Shown: one piece after another, positions 19,626-29,303 of the stretch
Layout: every line of letters starts with the position of its first letter
How positions within the stretch are numbered: the first letter of the stretch is position 1
Made by a program: the position numbers and the translations under genes
Source of the DNA: Patescibacteria group bacterium
Lineage (GTDB): Bacteria; Patescibacteriota; Gracilibacteria; UBA4473
DNA length: 64,000 nt
Reading direction: 5' to 3'
Assembly: GCA_965660445.1 (NCBI GenBank)
Contig: CBFIAK010000001.1
Location: forward strand, 672,001-736,000
Notes under the pieces: model-generated
Told to the model about the DNA's origin: nothing
What the model saw: the letters and a program-made list of their open reading frames with translations, nothing else
The model's database searches: none

Positions 19626-21773
19626 ATGGAACAGTTACGACAAAACCCATTGCAATCTGAGAATCGAGAAACTCTTATTCAAGAGATTATCAGTTCAAAT
19701 CTTTTAAAAATAACACAAAATACAGAACAAGGACTTGAAGGAATTTTAGAATCCGATCAATTAGAACAGAGTATAGAACAAGAGTTTCGATCTATTGGAG
19801 AAAAAATAAAAAACGCATTATCACAGGAAAATACACAAGAAACAAGAGCTGACATATTAAATGTTATTGAACAAACAACCGATAATCCACAAATAGCACA
19901 GTGGTTATGTAAAAAGATGAGTATTGATTATCAGTCTTTAAAAAATGAAATACAAAAACCTTTTTCTCTTGAGAATCTTATCGAAGAAAACACATCAATA
20001 GGAGGCTCAAATTCTATTGAACAGAATCAAGATGCCATCTCTCCTTTATTAACCGTGAGCAGTCAAGATTTTGAAGTACAAAAAGCAAAGGTTGAAACGA
20101 ATCTTATACAGATACAAGACACATATCAAAGAGCTATTGCACATTGGTCAGAAAACTTAAAAGGAGAAGAATACGCATTATATAAATCACCTGAAATACA
20201 TTCAAAAATGGTACAGATTCTTCTGGAAACTATTCGTCAAGACTATTTAAAAAAAGGATACCTACCAGAATATGAAAAAACAGTTGATATACTTCTGGAT
20301 AATGCACAAAAAACAAATGTTTTCAAAAAAGGACTCAGTTCTTTTATGGGAATGTTTCGTCAAGAGAAAGAAACAAAAATTGATTCCGAATATTTAAAAG
20401 ATACGCTCAAAAGCTCTTTATTGCGTGAAAACATTCCGCAAGAATATACAAAAAACAACAATATTCTGCGTTCTTGTTATGAAAATGGGACATATGAACG
20501 ACTTCAAAAAAATCAAAATATTTTTATTGATAAATACAGTAATAGAGATCTCTCTTCGTTATCAGATAAAGAACTTGAGTACCATCTTGCATACACGAAG
20601 TCACAAGTGGAACTGTTAGAAACGGTTGATGAACATGTTCCAGAAGCTTATAAAACGGAATATGAAGCGGGGGTTTTGTCTGGTTCTATTGGGATTGTTT
20701 ATGAAGAATGGGTTGTGAAGGAAAAAATACCAAACATGTCTTCTTCTGAAAAAATGTCATACCGAGTGAATAGAATGATGAAACCTTTTCAAAAAACACT
20801 GACTCTTATCGGTAATATTTTTAAAAAACTCTTTAATGTTGACAGTGAAATGTCGTGGTCTGATGTATTTACAATGGATAAGAAAAAAGAAAACAAAACC
20901 TATACGGAAGCACAAAAAAAACATGATGAAGTACAACGTTTTCATGAAAAACAAAGTACAAAGAAAGAGTGTCTTGCTTTTTCTGCGCAAGAAAATCCTT
21001 CTCATAGCCAGTTTTTAGAAAACGCTGATCTTTCTCAATTAAAAGATTACTCTGAATGTATGAAGAATGCTTATTCTTTTCATGAAACAACAGGAGAAAA
21101 AATACAAACCTCATTTGAACAAGCTCAAATACTTCAAAAAATAAACAAAGGAGAAAATGTAATTCTCTTACATTATTGGATTAAAAAAGGATGGGCTTCT
21201 CTTATTGATGGAAATATAAACATAGGTGAAAGTAAATTTCCTTTATCTGATAGTTCCATAGAAAGACATAAAGGTGAATTCATAAAAGAGTCACGAATGG
21301 GACAGTTATGGCCCGATAATATACTCTTTGAATTTCATACAGAACGAACCCAGAAAACAATCAATCCAAAAAATGAGAATGAACAAAACCGTTTACAAGA
21401 TCTCCATGTACTTGATATGTATACTTTTGTAAAAACATTTGAAAACGAAAACGTAAAAAAGTTCCTTTCTTTAGCGAACAATAAAGACTTTATTGAACAG
21501 ATGAAAGACAAGAGTTCTACTGAAAGAACCATATCACTATCACTGCTTCAAGATATCGCACAAAGCAAAAAAAGCATTGATTATATTGGGTATGGTACAA
21601 CAGAAGAACAGAAACAAAAATCAAAAAATGCCATTATGGCTATGGGGAGTTCTGTTTTAGGATTCTTTACGCCTAAAGAGGAGACAACTGATGAAATAAA
21701 ATCACTGTATACCGTTTGTAATGGTGAAGCTCATACAATAACATCTCTACACGATATACAGCAATATATCTAA
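19626..21773 (+). CDS. Large hypothetical helical protein
   Basis: 715-aa ORF, Q/E/K-rich, own promoter TTGATT-17-TATAAT (19572-19600); no motif recognised. Confidence 0.75.
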   Translation: MEQLRQNPLQSENRETLIQEIISSNLLKITQNTEQGLEGILESDQLEQSIEQEFRSIGEKIKNALSQENTQETRADILNVIEQTTDNPQIAQWLCKKMSIDYQSLKNEIQKPFSLENLIEENTSIGGSNSIEQNQDAISPLLTVSSQDFEVQKAKVETNLIQIQDTYQRAIAHWSENLKGEEYALYKSPEIHSKMVQILLETIRQDYLKKGYLPEYEKTVDILLDNAQKTNVFKKGLSSFMGMFRQEKETKIDSEYLKDTLKSSLLRENIPQEYTKNNNILRSCYENGTYERLQKNQNIFIDKYSNRDLSSLSDKELEYHLAYTKSQVELLETVDEHVPEAYKTEYEAGVLSGSIGIVYEEWVVKEKIPNMSSSEKMSYRVNRMMKPFQKTLTLIGNIFKKLFNVDSEMSWSDVFTMDKKKENKTYTEAQKKHDEVQRFHEKQSTKKECLAFSAQENPSHSQFLENADLSQLKDYSECMKNAYSFHETTGEKIQTSFEQAQILQKINKGENVILLHYWIKKGWASLIDGNINIGESKFPLSDSSIERHKGEFIKESRMGQLWPDNILFEFHTERTQKTINPKNENEQNRLQDLHVLDMYTFVKTFENENVKKFLSLANNKDFIEQMKDKSSTERTISLSLLQDIAQSKKSIDYIGYGTTEEQKQKSKNAIMAMGSSVLGFFTPKEETTDEIKSLYTVCNGEAHTITSLHDIQQYI

Positions 21774-21829
21774 AAAGAAGAAACCCAAAATATATTTACA
21801 ATTTTTATTTTTCTCTTTATCCTATACAC

Positions 21830-22261
21830 ATGACACAAACACCAATAACAAATACTGATATCAATATAGATGCACTCAAAACCATATCTGGTAAAACAGT
21901 GAAGGATTTTGTTATTCCAAGTGCACTGGCGCATAACGAAAAAGAACTCGTTCAACTGATTATGGAATCAGAAGCTATGGACGACGAAGAAAAACAATAC
22001 TGGTTCAACCTTACAAAAGTTATGAACGATTCTCAAAAAGAACGTTTATACGATATTTTACGACGAGAAAAACAAAAACTTGCAGAAATCCGAAACGGTG
22101 GAAAAGCTCCTGAATTAAATCCAGAAGAAGCACGAAAAAGAGCTGAAGAGCTCTCTCAAAAAAGAGCCGAACAACAAGCACAATTAGCACAAAAAGAAGC
22201 ACAAGCTCAATCACAAGAAAAGTTTAACGAAGAAGAATTACTTGATAGTGTTGACTGGTAA
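21830..22261 (+). CDS. Hypothetical helical protein
   Basis: LIMESEAMDDEEKQYWFNL..MNDSQKERLYDILRREKQKL core plus coiled-coil tail. Confidence 0.75.
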   Translation: MTQTPITNTDINIDALKTISGKTVKDFVIPSALAHNEKELVQLIMESEAMDDEEKQYWFNLTKVMNDSQKERLYDILRREKQKLAEIRNGGKAPELNPEEARKRAEELSQKRAEQQAQLAQKEAQAQSQEKFNEEELLDSVDW

Positions 22262-22265
22262 ACAC

Positions 22266-22967
22266 CTACAACATCCAGAGTAACCGATAGAGTGGGTATA
22301 CGAAAACAGCCCGCAGTATACGACGTATTCGGTATGGTTGCCGGATAAGTCGATAGAGCCATTCAAGTCCTATTGATTGCATCCATTTTGGTGCTCTTGG
22401 TACCTTTCCGCTCCAGAAATCAAACGTTCCACCTACACCAACAGCTATTCGAAGTGATGGGAGAAGATGAGCATTGTCACGAATCCATTCTTCTTGTTTT
22501 GGTGAACCAAGTGCTACAAGAATAACAACTGGATTTTTCTTTTGTATATTCTGAACCTCTTCCATATCACTTGCCCCAGCAATGATAAGGTTGGGGTATT
22601 TCTTTTTCATTGATTCTGCTGCCGATTGACTTACATTTTGACCACCAAGGAAATAGATTGATTTTTTTTCTTCCTCGCATACTTTACAAATAGTTTCAGC
22701 AAGTGTGACACCTGTTATACGATGTATGTACGTCCATGAACAGAGTAACTCGCACAATACAATACCAAATCCATCACACACATTTAGATATGTTGATGAT
22801 AAGAGTGCATGAAATTCTGGGTTTCTGTGTGCTGTTACAAGAAATTCAGGATTAACAGTTGCAATATGAGCGCACTTTTTTCCTTGCAAAAGAGAACGAC
22901 ATTCAGTGACAAACTCTGACAACGTGATATTATGCATCTGAATTCCTAAAATGGATATTGTTTTCAT
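22266..22967 (-). CDS. WecB/TagA/CpsF family glycosyltransferase
   Basis: IATVNPE, VCDGFGI, RITGV, LVALGSPKQEEWI, GVGGTFDF, RAPKWMQSIGLEWLYRL; start ATG 22967. Confidence 0.93.
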   Translation of the reverse strand: MKTISILGIQMHNITLSEFVTECRSLLQGKKCAHIATVNPEFLVTAHRNPEFHALLSSTYLNVCDGFGIVLCELLCSWTYIHRITGVTLAETICKVCEEEKKSIYFLGGQNVSQSAAESMKKKYPNLIIAGASDMEEVQNIQKKNPVVILVALGSPKQEEWIRDNAHLLPSLRIAVGVGGTFDFWSGKVPRAPKWMQSIGLEWLYRLIRQPYRIRRILRAVFVYPLYRLLWML

Positions 22968-22979
22968 ATTATTATTCTG

Positions 22980-23306
22980 ATGAAAAAGTTTACGAAAATC
23001 AATGAAAGTTTTCAGTGTCTTCAGTGTCAGCATCAAAACACACCAGCCCCTCAGACATGCCGAAATCACTGTCAGGAATGTCTTCATTCGCTTCATGTTG
23101 ACATATATCCCGGAGATAGAGCTTCACTGTGTAAGGGGCTACTAAAGCCTATTGGCGTTGAGGTGAAAAAAGGCGAAATGCAATCTCTTTATTTTTGTTG
23201 TGAAAAATGTGGATTTCAAGGGAAAAATAAAATAGCTCAAGATGATAATCGAGAATCATTATTTCGTATCTTCTCGAATACAAAAACTCATCCCTATAAA
23301 CGATGA
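22980..23306 (+). CDS. RNHCP-domain zinc-binding protein
   Basis: NESFQCLQC..CRNHCQECLHSLHVDIYPGDRASLCKGLLKP..CEKCG..AQDD. Confidence 0.9.
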   Translation: MKKFTKINESFQCLQCQHQNTPAPQTCRNHCQECLHSLHVDIYPGDRASLCKGLLKPIGVEVKKGEMQSLYFCCEKCGFQGKNKIAQDDNRESLFRIFSNTKTHPYKR

Positions 23307-25072
23307 AATTGTTCATCTAAAGATGTGAATGAGAAAAAAATATGGTTTGGTCTTCCATGGGGACAAAGCGTTGCCCACTGGGTTTTTAAAAAATCATCAA
23401 GTAAATACTGCGCTTCTGCAATATCAATTTTATCTCCATACATAATAGCCCCACGACAACTTTTATATTCTAAAATTTTTCTCATACACTGATCAAGAAC
23501 ATCTTCTGATACCTCATGATTATCAATATACTTGAGTACATCTTGAAAGACATATGTTAAGTCTTTACTCGAAAAAAGTGATGGCACTTGAGATACTGAA
23601 AGAGTTTTTTCATGTGTTTTAAATAAAAACCCCATGCGTTCAAACAATGCACGATGTTCTTCAATTGATGATAATTCTTCACGAGAAAACGGAATTTCTT
23701 GAGGGGTTAAAAGAGGTTGATACGTATGAGAGTTTGCTTGATACGTATTCCATAGTTTTTCAAATCGTTCTCGTTCATGCAGTGCATGCTGATCAAACAA
23801 AAACACTCCATTTTCTGATTCTGCAACAATATATTTATGAGCTATTTGTCCGATAGCTTTTAAAAATGATGGTGATGAGGTGTCATGAGTATAACTCGTT
23901 TTTTCTGACGTTTGCTCAGAAACAAAATCTTGAAGTGCATAATCAGATGACGGAATCGATTCCGATCGTTGCATATGACGTTGAGAGAAAGAGGGGAGTG
24001 AAGTCAAAAACATTTCTTTCTTCCCAAAAGAAAATCCTTTCTGGGGTTGTGACTGTTCTCTTGGAGTATGAATATGAAGCGATGAAGTATCTTTTAGAGC
24101 TTCAATAACCGATCGACGAGTGAGCTGAAAAATATCAGCTGGTTCAGAAAACTTCACTTCCCGTTTTCTTGGATGTATGTTGACATCCACTAAGAGTGGA
24201 TCAGTATGAAGAAAAAGAATAAATACGGGATGTAAATGTTTTTCTATTCCACAGCTCTGCATGTATCCTTCTCGAACCGCAGTTGCAATACGATAATCAG
24301 AAACATGCCGTCCATTAACGAATAAATACTGATGAGATTTAGTGCGTGCCCCTTTCCCTGGTTTTATAATAAATCCCGATAAAAATGCATCATGAGATTC
24401 TCCTTTTATAGGAATTATATCGTTTGATATATGTGGTAAGACATCATGAATACGTTGCGTTATCGTATCTGTCTCACGCACACGCAGTACACAGGTGTTG
24501 TCTTTCCATAATTCAAATCCAATATGTGGATACGCTAAGGCAAAATAAGTGATTTCTTTGAGAATATGACGATATTCTGTTTCTGTTGATTTGAGATATT
24601 CTCGTCGGACAGGCGTCGTATAAAACAAATCACGAATAATAAGATGAGTTCCATGATTACAGGCAGTGTCCTTTGGGGCATGTGATTTTCCACCTTCTAC
24701 AAAAAGCAATGTCGCATTTTTCTCGTTTTCGGTTCTTGTTTTGAGTTCCAAACGAGATACCGCTGCAATAGCAGCAAGAGCTTCTCCTCGAAAACCAAAC
24801 GTATGAACCGAAAATAAGTCATCAATAGTGGTTATTTTAGAAGTTGCATGGCGCAACACTGATTTAACCGCATCTTCTCGCACCATTCCTATTCCATTAT
24901 CTTCGATTTCAATACGTGTTTTCCCTCCTTCTTCAATACGAACAATAATATGGCTTGCTTGTGCATCAATACTATTTTCCACACATTCTTTTACCACAGA
25001 AGCGGGTCGTTCTACCACCTCTCCTGCTGCAATCTGGTCAGAGACCGCAGACGATAAAATATGAATTGACAT
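23294..25072 (-). CDS. mutL: DNA mismatch repair endonuclease MutL
   Basis: IAAGEVVERPASVVKE, TFGFRGEAL, DQHALHER, CPHGRP. Confidence 0.97.
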   Translation of the reverse strand: MSIHILSSAVSDQIAAGEVVERPASVVKECVENSIDAQASHIIVRIEEGGKTRIEIEDNGIGMVREDAVKSVLRHATSKITTIDDLFSVHTFGFRGEALAAIAAVSRLELKTRTENEKNATLLFVEGGKSHAPKDTACNHGTHLIIRDLFYTTPVRREYLKSTETEYRHILKEITYFALAYPHIGFELWKDNTCVLRVRETDTITQRIHDVLPHISNDIIPIKGESHDAFLSGFIIKPGKGARTKSHQYLFVNGRHVSDYRIATAVREGYMQSCGIEKHLHPVFILFLHTDPLLVDVNIHPRKREVKFSEPADIFQLTRRSVIEALKDTSSLHIHTPREQSQPQKGFSFGKKEMFLTSLPSFSQRHMQRSESIPSSDYALQDFVSEQTSEKTSYTHDTSSPSFLKAIGQIAHKYIVAESENGVFLFDQHALHERERFEKLWNTYQANSHTYQPLLTPQEIPFSREELSSIEEHRALFERMGFLFKTHEKTLSVSQVPSLFSSKDLTYVFQDVLKYIDNHEVSEDVLDQCMRKILEYKSCRGAIMYGDKIDIAEAQYLLDDFLKTQWATLCPHGRPNHIFFSFTSLDEQFHRL

Positions 25073-25076
25073 TCTA

Positions 25077-26933
25077 TTAACGATCTAAAATCAAACGAAC
25101 AGCTGTATCAAGTTGACGATCAATCCCTTTTTTTATTTCATCAACGGTTGGATCTGATACTTCTACGTCTGGGATAATTCCAGGAGTCTCTTCATTTTCC
25201 TGAATCCATCGCCCTTTTGGAGTTAACCATTTTGCAACCGTTACTCTTAAAATAGCTTCTGTATTATAGTTTACAATTTCTTGTACGGTCCCTTTTCCAA
25301 ATGAAGATGTTCCGACGATAGGTCCAATATTATAATCCTGAATAATACTTGCAATAATCTCTGATGCTGAAGCCGTTCCTTTGTTTTGAAGAAGCACTAT
25401 GTTTTTTTGAGATGATAAGAGTCCGTTTTCTGATGCTTTAAATTCACGTTGAGAATCTTTATAATCAATAGTAAATAATAAGTCATCTTTATGAGTAAAG
25501 AGTTCACCAATCTGAACAGCAGCGGTTAAAAGCCCCCCTGGATCATTTCGAAAATCAACCACAATACCTTTTGGGTTTTTTGGAAGAACCTCTTCTTTGA
25601 GAATTTTTTCTAGCTCCGTTTTGGTTGCATTTGTAAATTTATGAATAGCAATAACGGGCACGCTTTTATGAAATGTCAGTTCAATAGTAGGAACTGTAAT
25701 AGAGGCTCGAGTAACAACAAAATTCTTTTTCTCAACCCCTCTCATAATTTCAAGTTGAACATCTGTTCCTGCTGGTCCTTTTATTTTATTAACAATATCC
25801 ATAATAGGAAGTCCTCTTACGTCTTCTTCATCAACAGCAACAACAATATCACCAGCTAATATACCCGCTTTTTGTGCTGGTGATTTCTTAATAGGAGCGG
25901 TAATGGTAAATTGGTCTTCTATCATTTCTACGTGAGCTCCAATTCCCTCAAATCGACCATCAAGGCTTTCTCGAAACTCTTTGCTTTTCGCAGGAGCAAT
26001 ATAACTTGAAAACTTATCATCGAGTTCTTTGACCATAGCAGTAATCGCCGCCTCAATCATTTCTTCTTTTTTCTCTTGTGTCAGATCTTCTGGAAATCGG
26101 TATTTTCTCAAGATATTACTAAAAACATCTTGCAGTATACCCGTTCGAGGAATCGTTTCTGTGTCGTACGAAACATTCCCTAAGAAAATTTGAGATGTAT
26201 TTTTTGATTGTTCTTCTGTTTTATTCTCTTTAGATATGTTGTTTTGTATACGTCGTCTTTGGTAAGGAGACTGCGTTTGAAATAGCTGATCCTGACCTCG
26301 TGGATTTAAGGTTGCTCGTTTTAGTTCTCCATTATTATGATAGTTATAAAGCCATTGTGCTAATACCTCACGAGTAAGTGGGGCGTGTGGTTTAAAATTA
26401 AATGTATCAACATCGGTAATCATTTTAGAAGTATAGGCAGCTTCTAATGCAGGAAGGTATTGAGCATGAGCACTAACCCCCCCTAGTTTCCTTAAAAAGG
26501 CTTTTGATGTTCGTTGAGAAGTAGGAATTCCTTTTGTTTTTACAAGCACTTGTATAGCATCTGATCGACTGATAATAGTATCTCGTACAAAAGGCTGTGT
26601 TTCATCAATAAACCCTCTTCGTATTCCTTCTCGAATATATTGAGCAAGCGGATCATCTTCTAACACATTTGCAGGAAGTGGTGTTTCAAATGTAGCGGAC
26701 TGAATATCAAACCCTGCGTCTTTAAGAACGAGTGGCCAAAATAAATCAGCGGTTACCTCTGCATGTGGCTTAAAAAAAGTACCTTCTTCAAATAAATCCT
26801 GTTCTATAAGAAATTCAATAGCAGGAAAAAGAGGGGATTGGGTATTAATATCACGAAAAGCAGAAACACTTGCCCATGATCCAAAAAGAAGAACGCAAGC
26901 GAAAACAGGAAACAAAAACTTCTTCATACTCAT
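25077..26933 (-). CDS. S41 family C-terminal processing protease with N-terminal SLH-like domains and PDZ
   Basis: Signal peptide; FRDI...FKPHAEVT and FKPHAPLTRE SLH-like; FEGIGA PDZ; DFRNDPGG, TASASEI, SFGKGTVQ. Confidence 0.9.
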   Translation of the reverse strand: MSMKKFLFPVFACVLLFGSWASVSAFRDINTQSPLFPAIEFLIEQDLFEEGTFFKPHAEVTADLFWPLVLKDAGFDIQSATFETPLPANVLEDDPLAQYIREGIRRGFIDETQPFVRDTIISRSDAIQVLVKTKGIPTSQRTSKAFLRKLGGVSAHAQYLPALEAAYTSKMITDVDTFNFKPHAPLTREVLAQWLYNYHNNGELKRATLNPRGQDQLFQTQSPYQRRRIQNNISKENKTEEQSKNTSQIFLGNVSYDTETIPRTGILQDVFSNILRKYRFPEDLTQEKKEEMIEAAITAMVKELDDKFSSYIAPAKSKEFRESLDGRFEGIGAHVEMIEDQFTITAPIKKSPAQKAGILAGDIVVAVDEEDVRGLPIMDIVNKIKGPAGTDVQLEIMRGVEKKNFVVTRASITVPTIELTFHKSVPVIAIHKFTNATKTELEKILKEEVLPKNPKGIVVDFRNDPGGLLTAAVQIGELFTHKDDLLFTIDYKDSQREFKASENGLLSSQKNIVLLQNKGTASASEIIASIIQDYNIGPIVGTSSFGKGTVQEIVNYNTEAILRVTVAKWLTPKGRWIQENEETPGIIPDVEVSDPTVDEIKKGIDRQLDTAVRLILDR

Positions 26934-27114
26934 AAAAAAAATTAAAAAATCATCCGAATAGTAAGTGTTCTCTAAGTTTTGTCAAAAGAAGCAGCGAAAG
27001 GAAAATCCTTTCAGAATACTGCCAAAAAACTCTATTAAATTCCGTTACAATAGATTTTTATGTATCCTCAAAAACAGTAAAATTTTTTATGACGATTCGT
27101 TTTTCAGAACATCC

Positions 27115-27417
27115 TTAAATATTCTGGATTTCTATATCAATAACGGCATCTTCTGGAGCATCTTCTTTTACGCAAGCAATACACGTCAGTACATCGTCAT
27201 CTTCAATTGGGTATTGCACTGGTCCATTTGCTTCTTTATCAACAAATTGAGCCCCTGAAATGATACGCCCTCGACAAGTTCCACAAGCACCAACCCCACA
27301 CGCAATACTTAAAGGTACTCCATGTTCTTGGATTTGAGTTCCAAGAGACTCATCATGTTCAGGCGTAAATTCTGCTGCCTGATTTCCGTCTGCATCTTGA
27401 ATACGAACACGAGCCAT
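27115..27417 (-). CDS. 2Fe-2S ferredoxin-like protein
   Basis: ACGVGACGTC...VLTC plant-type cluster motif. Confidence 0.88.
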   Translation of the reverse strand: MARVRIQDADGNQAAEFTPEHDESLGTQIQEHGVPLSIACGVGACGTCRGRIISGAQFVDKEANGPVQYPIEDDDVLTCIACVKEDAPEDAVIDIEIQNI

Positions 27418-27488
27418 ATCAAAAAAAGGTAAAGAAAAGTAGTTAGGTCTATTGTAATTTGATGTTTTAAATTACGCAAATAAAAAAG

Positions 27489-27562
27489 TGGTGACCCCAT
27501 CAGGAATCGAACCTGAATTTTTTCCTTAGGAGGGAAACGTTCTTCCATTAAACTATGAGGTC
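27489..27562 (-). tRNA. tRNA-Arg (anticodon CCT)
   Basis: Reverse complement GACCTCATAGTTTAATGGAAGAACGTTTCC-CTCCTAA-GGAAAAAATTCAGGTTCGATTCCTGATGGGGTCACCA; cloverleaf, TTCGA T-loop, encoded CCA. Confidence 0.95.
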
Positions 27563-27662
27563 TTGTGAGATAAAAAAACACATCCACTATACTCAAAAAA
27601 AAGGAAAAGAAAAAATTCAATGTTTACTTTTTTAAAGAAAATTCATACATTGCATACTGTCC

Positions 27663-28436
27663 ATGAAAATTTTTTCATATTCAGATATTCTTTGTACCCT
27701 GCAGTCGTTTTATAAAGACCATAAAAACGGTGTTTTAGAAATACTCGGTCCTACTGCTAGCGGAAAGACGCAACTCTCTATTGATATAGCACAGCGGTAT
27801 AGTCCGAGCGAAATACTATCTGTTGATTCTCGGCAAATATACACTCCGTTTGATATTTCAGCTGTAAAAATAAAAGAAAAAGAAATGTGTGGAATTCCTC
27901 ATTGGGGGTTGAATCTTATTTCACCAGAAACTCCATATAGCGTAGCTGATTTTCAAAAATATGCTTTTGGTATTATAGAGGATATTTTTATAAGGAATGC
28001 TCACCCGATACTTTGTGGAGGTACAATGCTTTGGCTTGATGCTATTAGTGAAAACTATGAGTTTTCAGATAAAAAGAATGCTGAAAAATCATCACGAAGA
28101 AACCCACCCAAATGGCCATTTTTAAAAATTGGGCTTCACTGGGATCGAGCACAATTATATGAAAGATCAGACAGACGATGTATTAAACTCTTTCAAGGAG
28201 GACTCATTGAAGAAGTCGAGTCTGTTTTGAAATTGTTTCCTCATATGACTCGTAATGCACGAACAAACTTTGGATACCAAGAAATAGAAAAATATATTTT
28301 AGGACACTATTCATATGAAGAAGCACTACAAGAAAACCAAAAACGAAACAGAAACTATATCAAACGACAACTTACATGGTGGAGACACCGATCAGATATT
28401 CTTTGGTTAGATGCAAAAACAATAGACAATCAATAA
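27663..28436 (+). CDS. miaA: tRNA dimethylallyltransferase (short)
   Basis: GPTASGKT, SVDSRQIY, GIPHWG, CGGTMLW, RNYIKRQLTWW. Confidence 0.92.
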   Translation: MKIFSYSDILCTLQSFYKDHKNGVLEILGPTASGKTQLSIDIAQRYSPSEILSVDSRQIYTPFDISAVKIKEKEMCGIPHWGLNLISPETPYSVADFQKYAFGIIEDIFIRNAHPILCGGTMLWLDAISENYEFSDKKNAEKSSRRNPPKWPFLKIGLHWDRAQLYERSDRRCIKLFQGGLIEEVESVLKLFPHMTRNARTNFGYQEIEKYILGHYSYEEALQENQKRNRNYIKRQLTWWRHRSDILWLDAKTIDNQ

Positions 28437-28457
28437 AAATATAAATATACTCTTTTT

Positions 28458-29297
28458 ATGAAAACACTTTCTCTCTGGGAACTCTTCAAACGTTCATGGA
28501 CTCCCAAACTTATAACACACATACTCAGCACAGAAAAACATCAATCAATCTGGAAATTTTGGTTTTGTATAAATATTGCAATAGCCTTTCTAATGACAGC
28601 CGTAATCGGTGTTTTCGTGATAGAGGCCAGTAAGAATTTTTCATTACAGGAAATAGCACAGAGTTTAGAAATTCAAGATTTTCGGATTTATATTGATGAA
28701 TCAGGTATTGAAACACATGGTATTCCTGATCCTTTTACTACAAATCTTACACAAGGAAGTACATCTCAAACAAACGAAGATTTTGTATTTCACTTAGATA
28801 CAAATAAAACGACCGACATAAACATACTCAACAACTATGAAGGAGGGATTTTGATTGGTAAAAATGAAATTGTTATTAAAGAAAGTGAATACACAACACA
28901 CGTTATTCCAACGGAAAAATTTTTAAAGGCAACGGGGAATAAAAATATTTTAATTACACCAGAAGTTATTGAACACCATGTACGTGCATTTTTACGCATT
29001 GCAAAATGGTATATCTTATGTGCATTTTTTATATTTTTATATATCTGGTATGCTCTTATTCGATTATTATTTGCTCTCTTTTGGGCTTCTCTTTTGTGGA
29101 TTATAGGCGGAAAAATAATGCAGATACCACTTTTATCATTCTCAAAAGCGTATATGATGATTTTAAGTATCTATCATATTCCCGTTTTGATTCAGATAGT
29201 TTTGATGATCAATGGAATATTTCTTCCTGGAGTGACACTCTTCTTATTCACGCTTATCTGTGGAATGAATTTGTATGATTTACAACGAAAGAAATAA
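28458..29297 (+). CDS. DUF1189-like membrane protein
   Basis: N-terminal TM, extracytoplasmic beta region (ILIGKNEIVIK), three C-terminal TM. Confidence 0.6.
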   Translation: MKTLSLWELFKRSWTPKLITHILSTEKHQSIWKFWFCINIAIAFLMTAVIGVFVIEASKNFSLQEIAQSLEIQDFRIYIDESGIETHGIPDPFTTNLTQGSTSQTNEDFVFHLDTNKTTDINILNNYEGGILIGKNEIVIKESEYTTHVIPTEKFLKATGNKNILITPEVIEHHVRAFLRIAKWYILCAFFIFLYIWYALIRLLFALFWASLLWIIGGKIMQIPLLSFSKAYMMILSIYHIPVLIQIVLMINGIFLPGVTLFLFTLICGMNLYDLQRKK

Positions 29298-29303
29298 TAA
29301 TAT

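Noticed and set aside
27489-27562. tRNA as an integration site for a genomic island
   Set aside because: No integrase nearby, no duplicated tRNA 3' end seen, and flanks are housekeeping-type genes
27309-27620. 103-aa minus-strand ORF
   Set aside because: It overlaps tRNA-Arg(CCT) and the ferredoxin start; spurious translation of the tRNA
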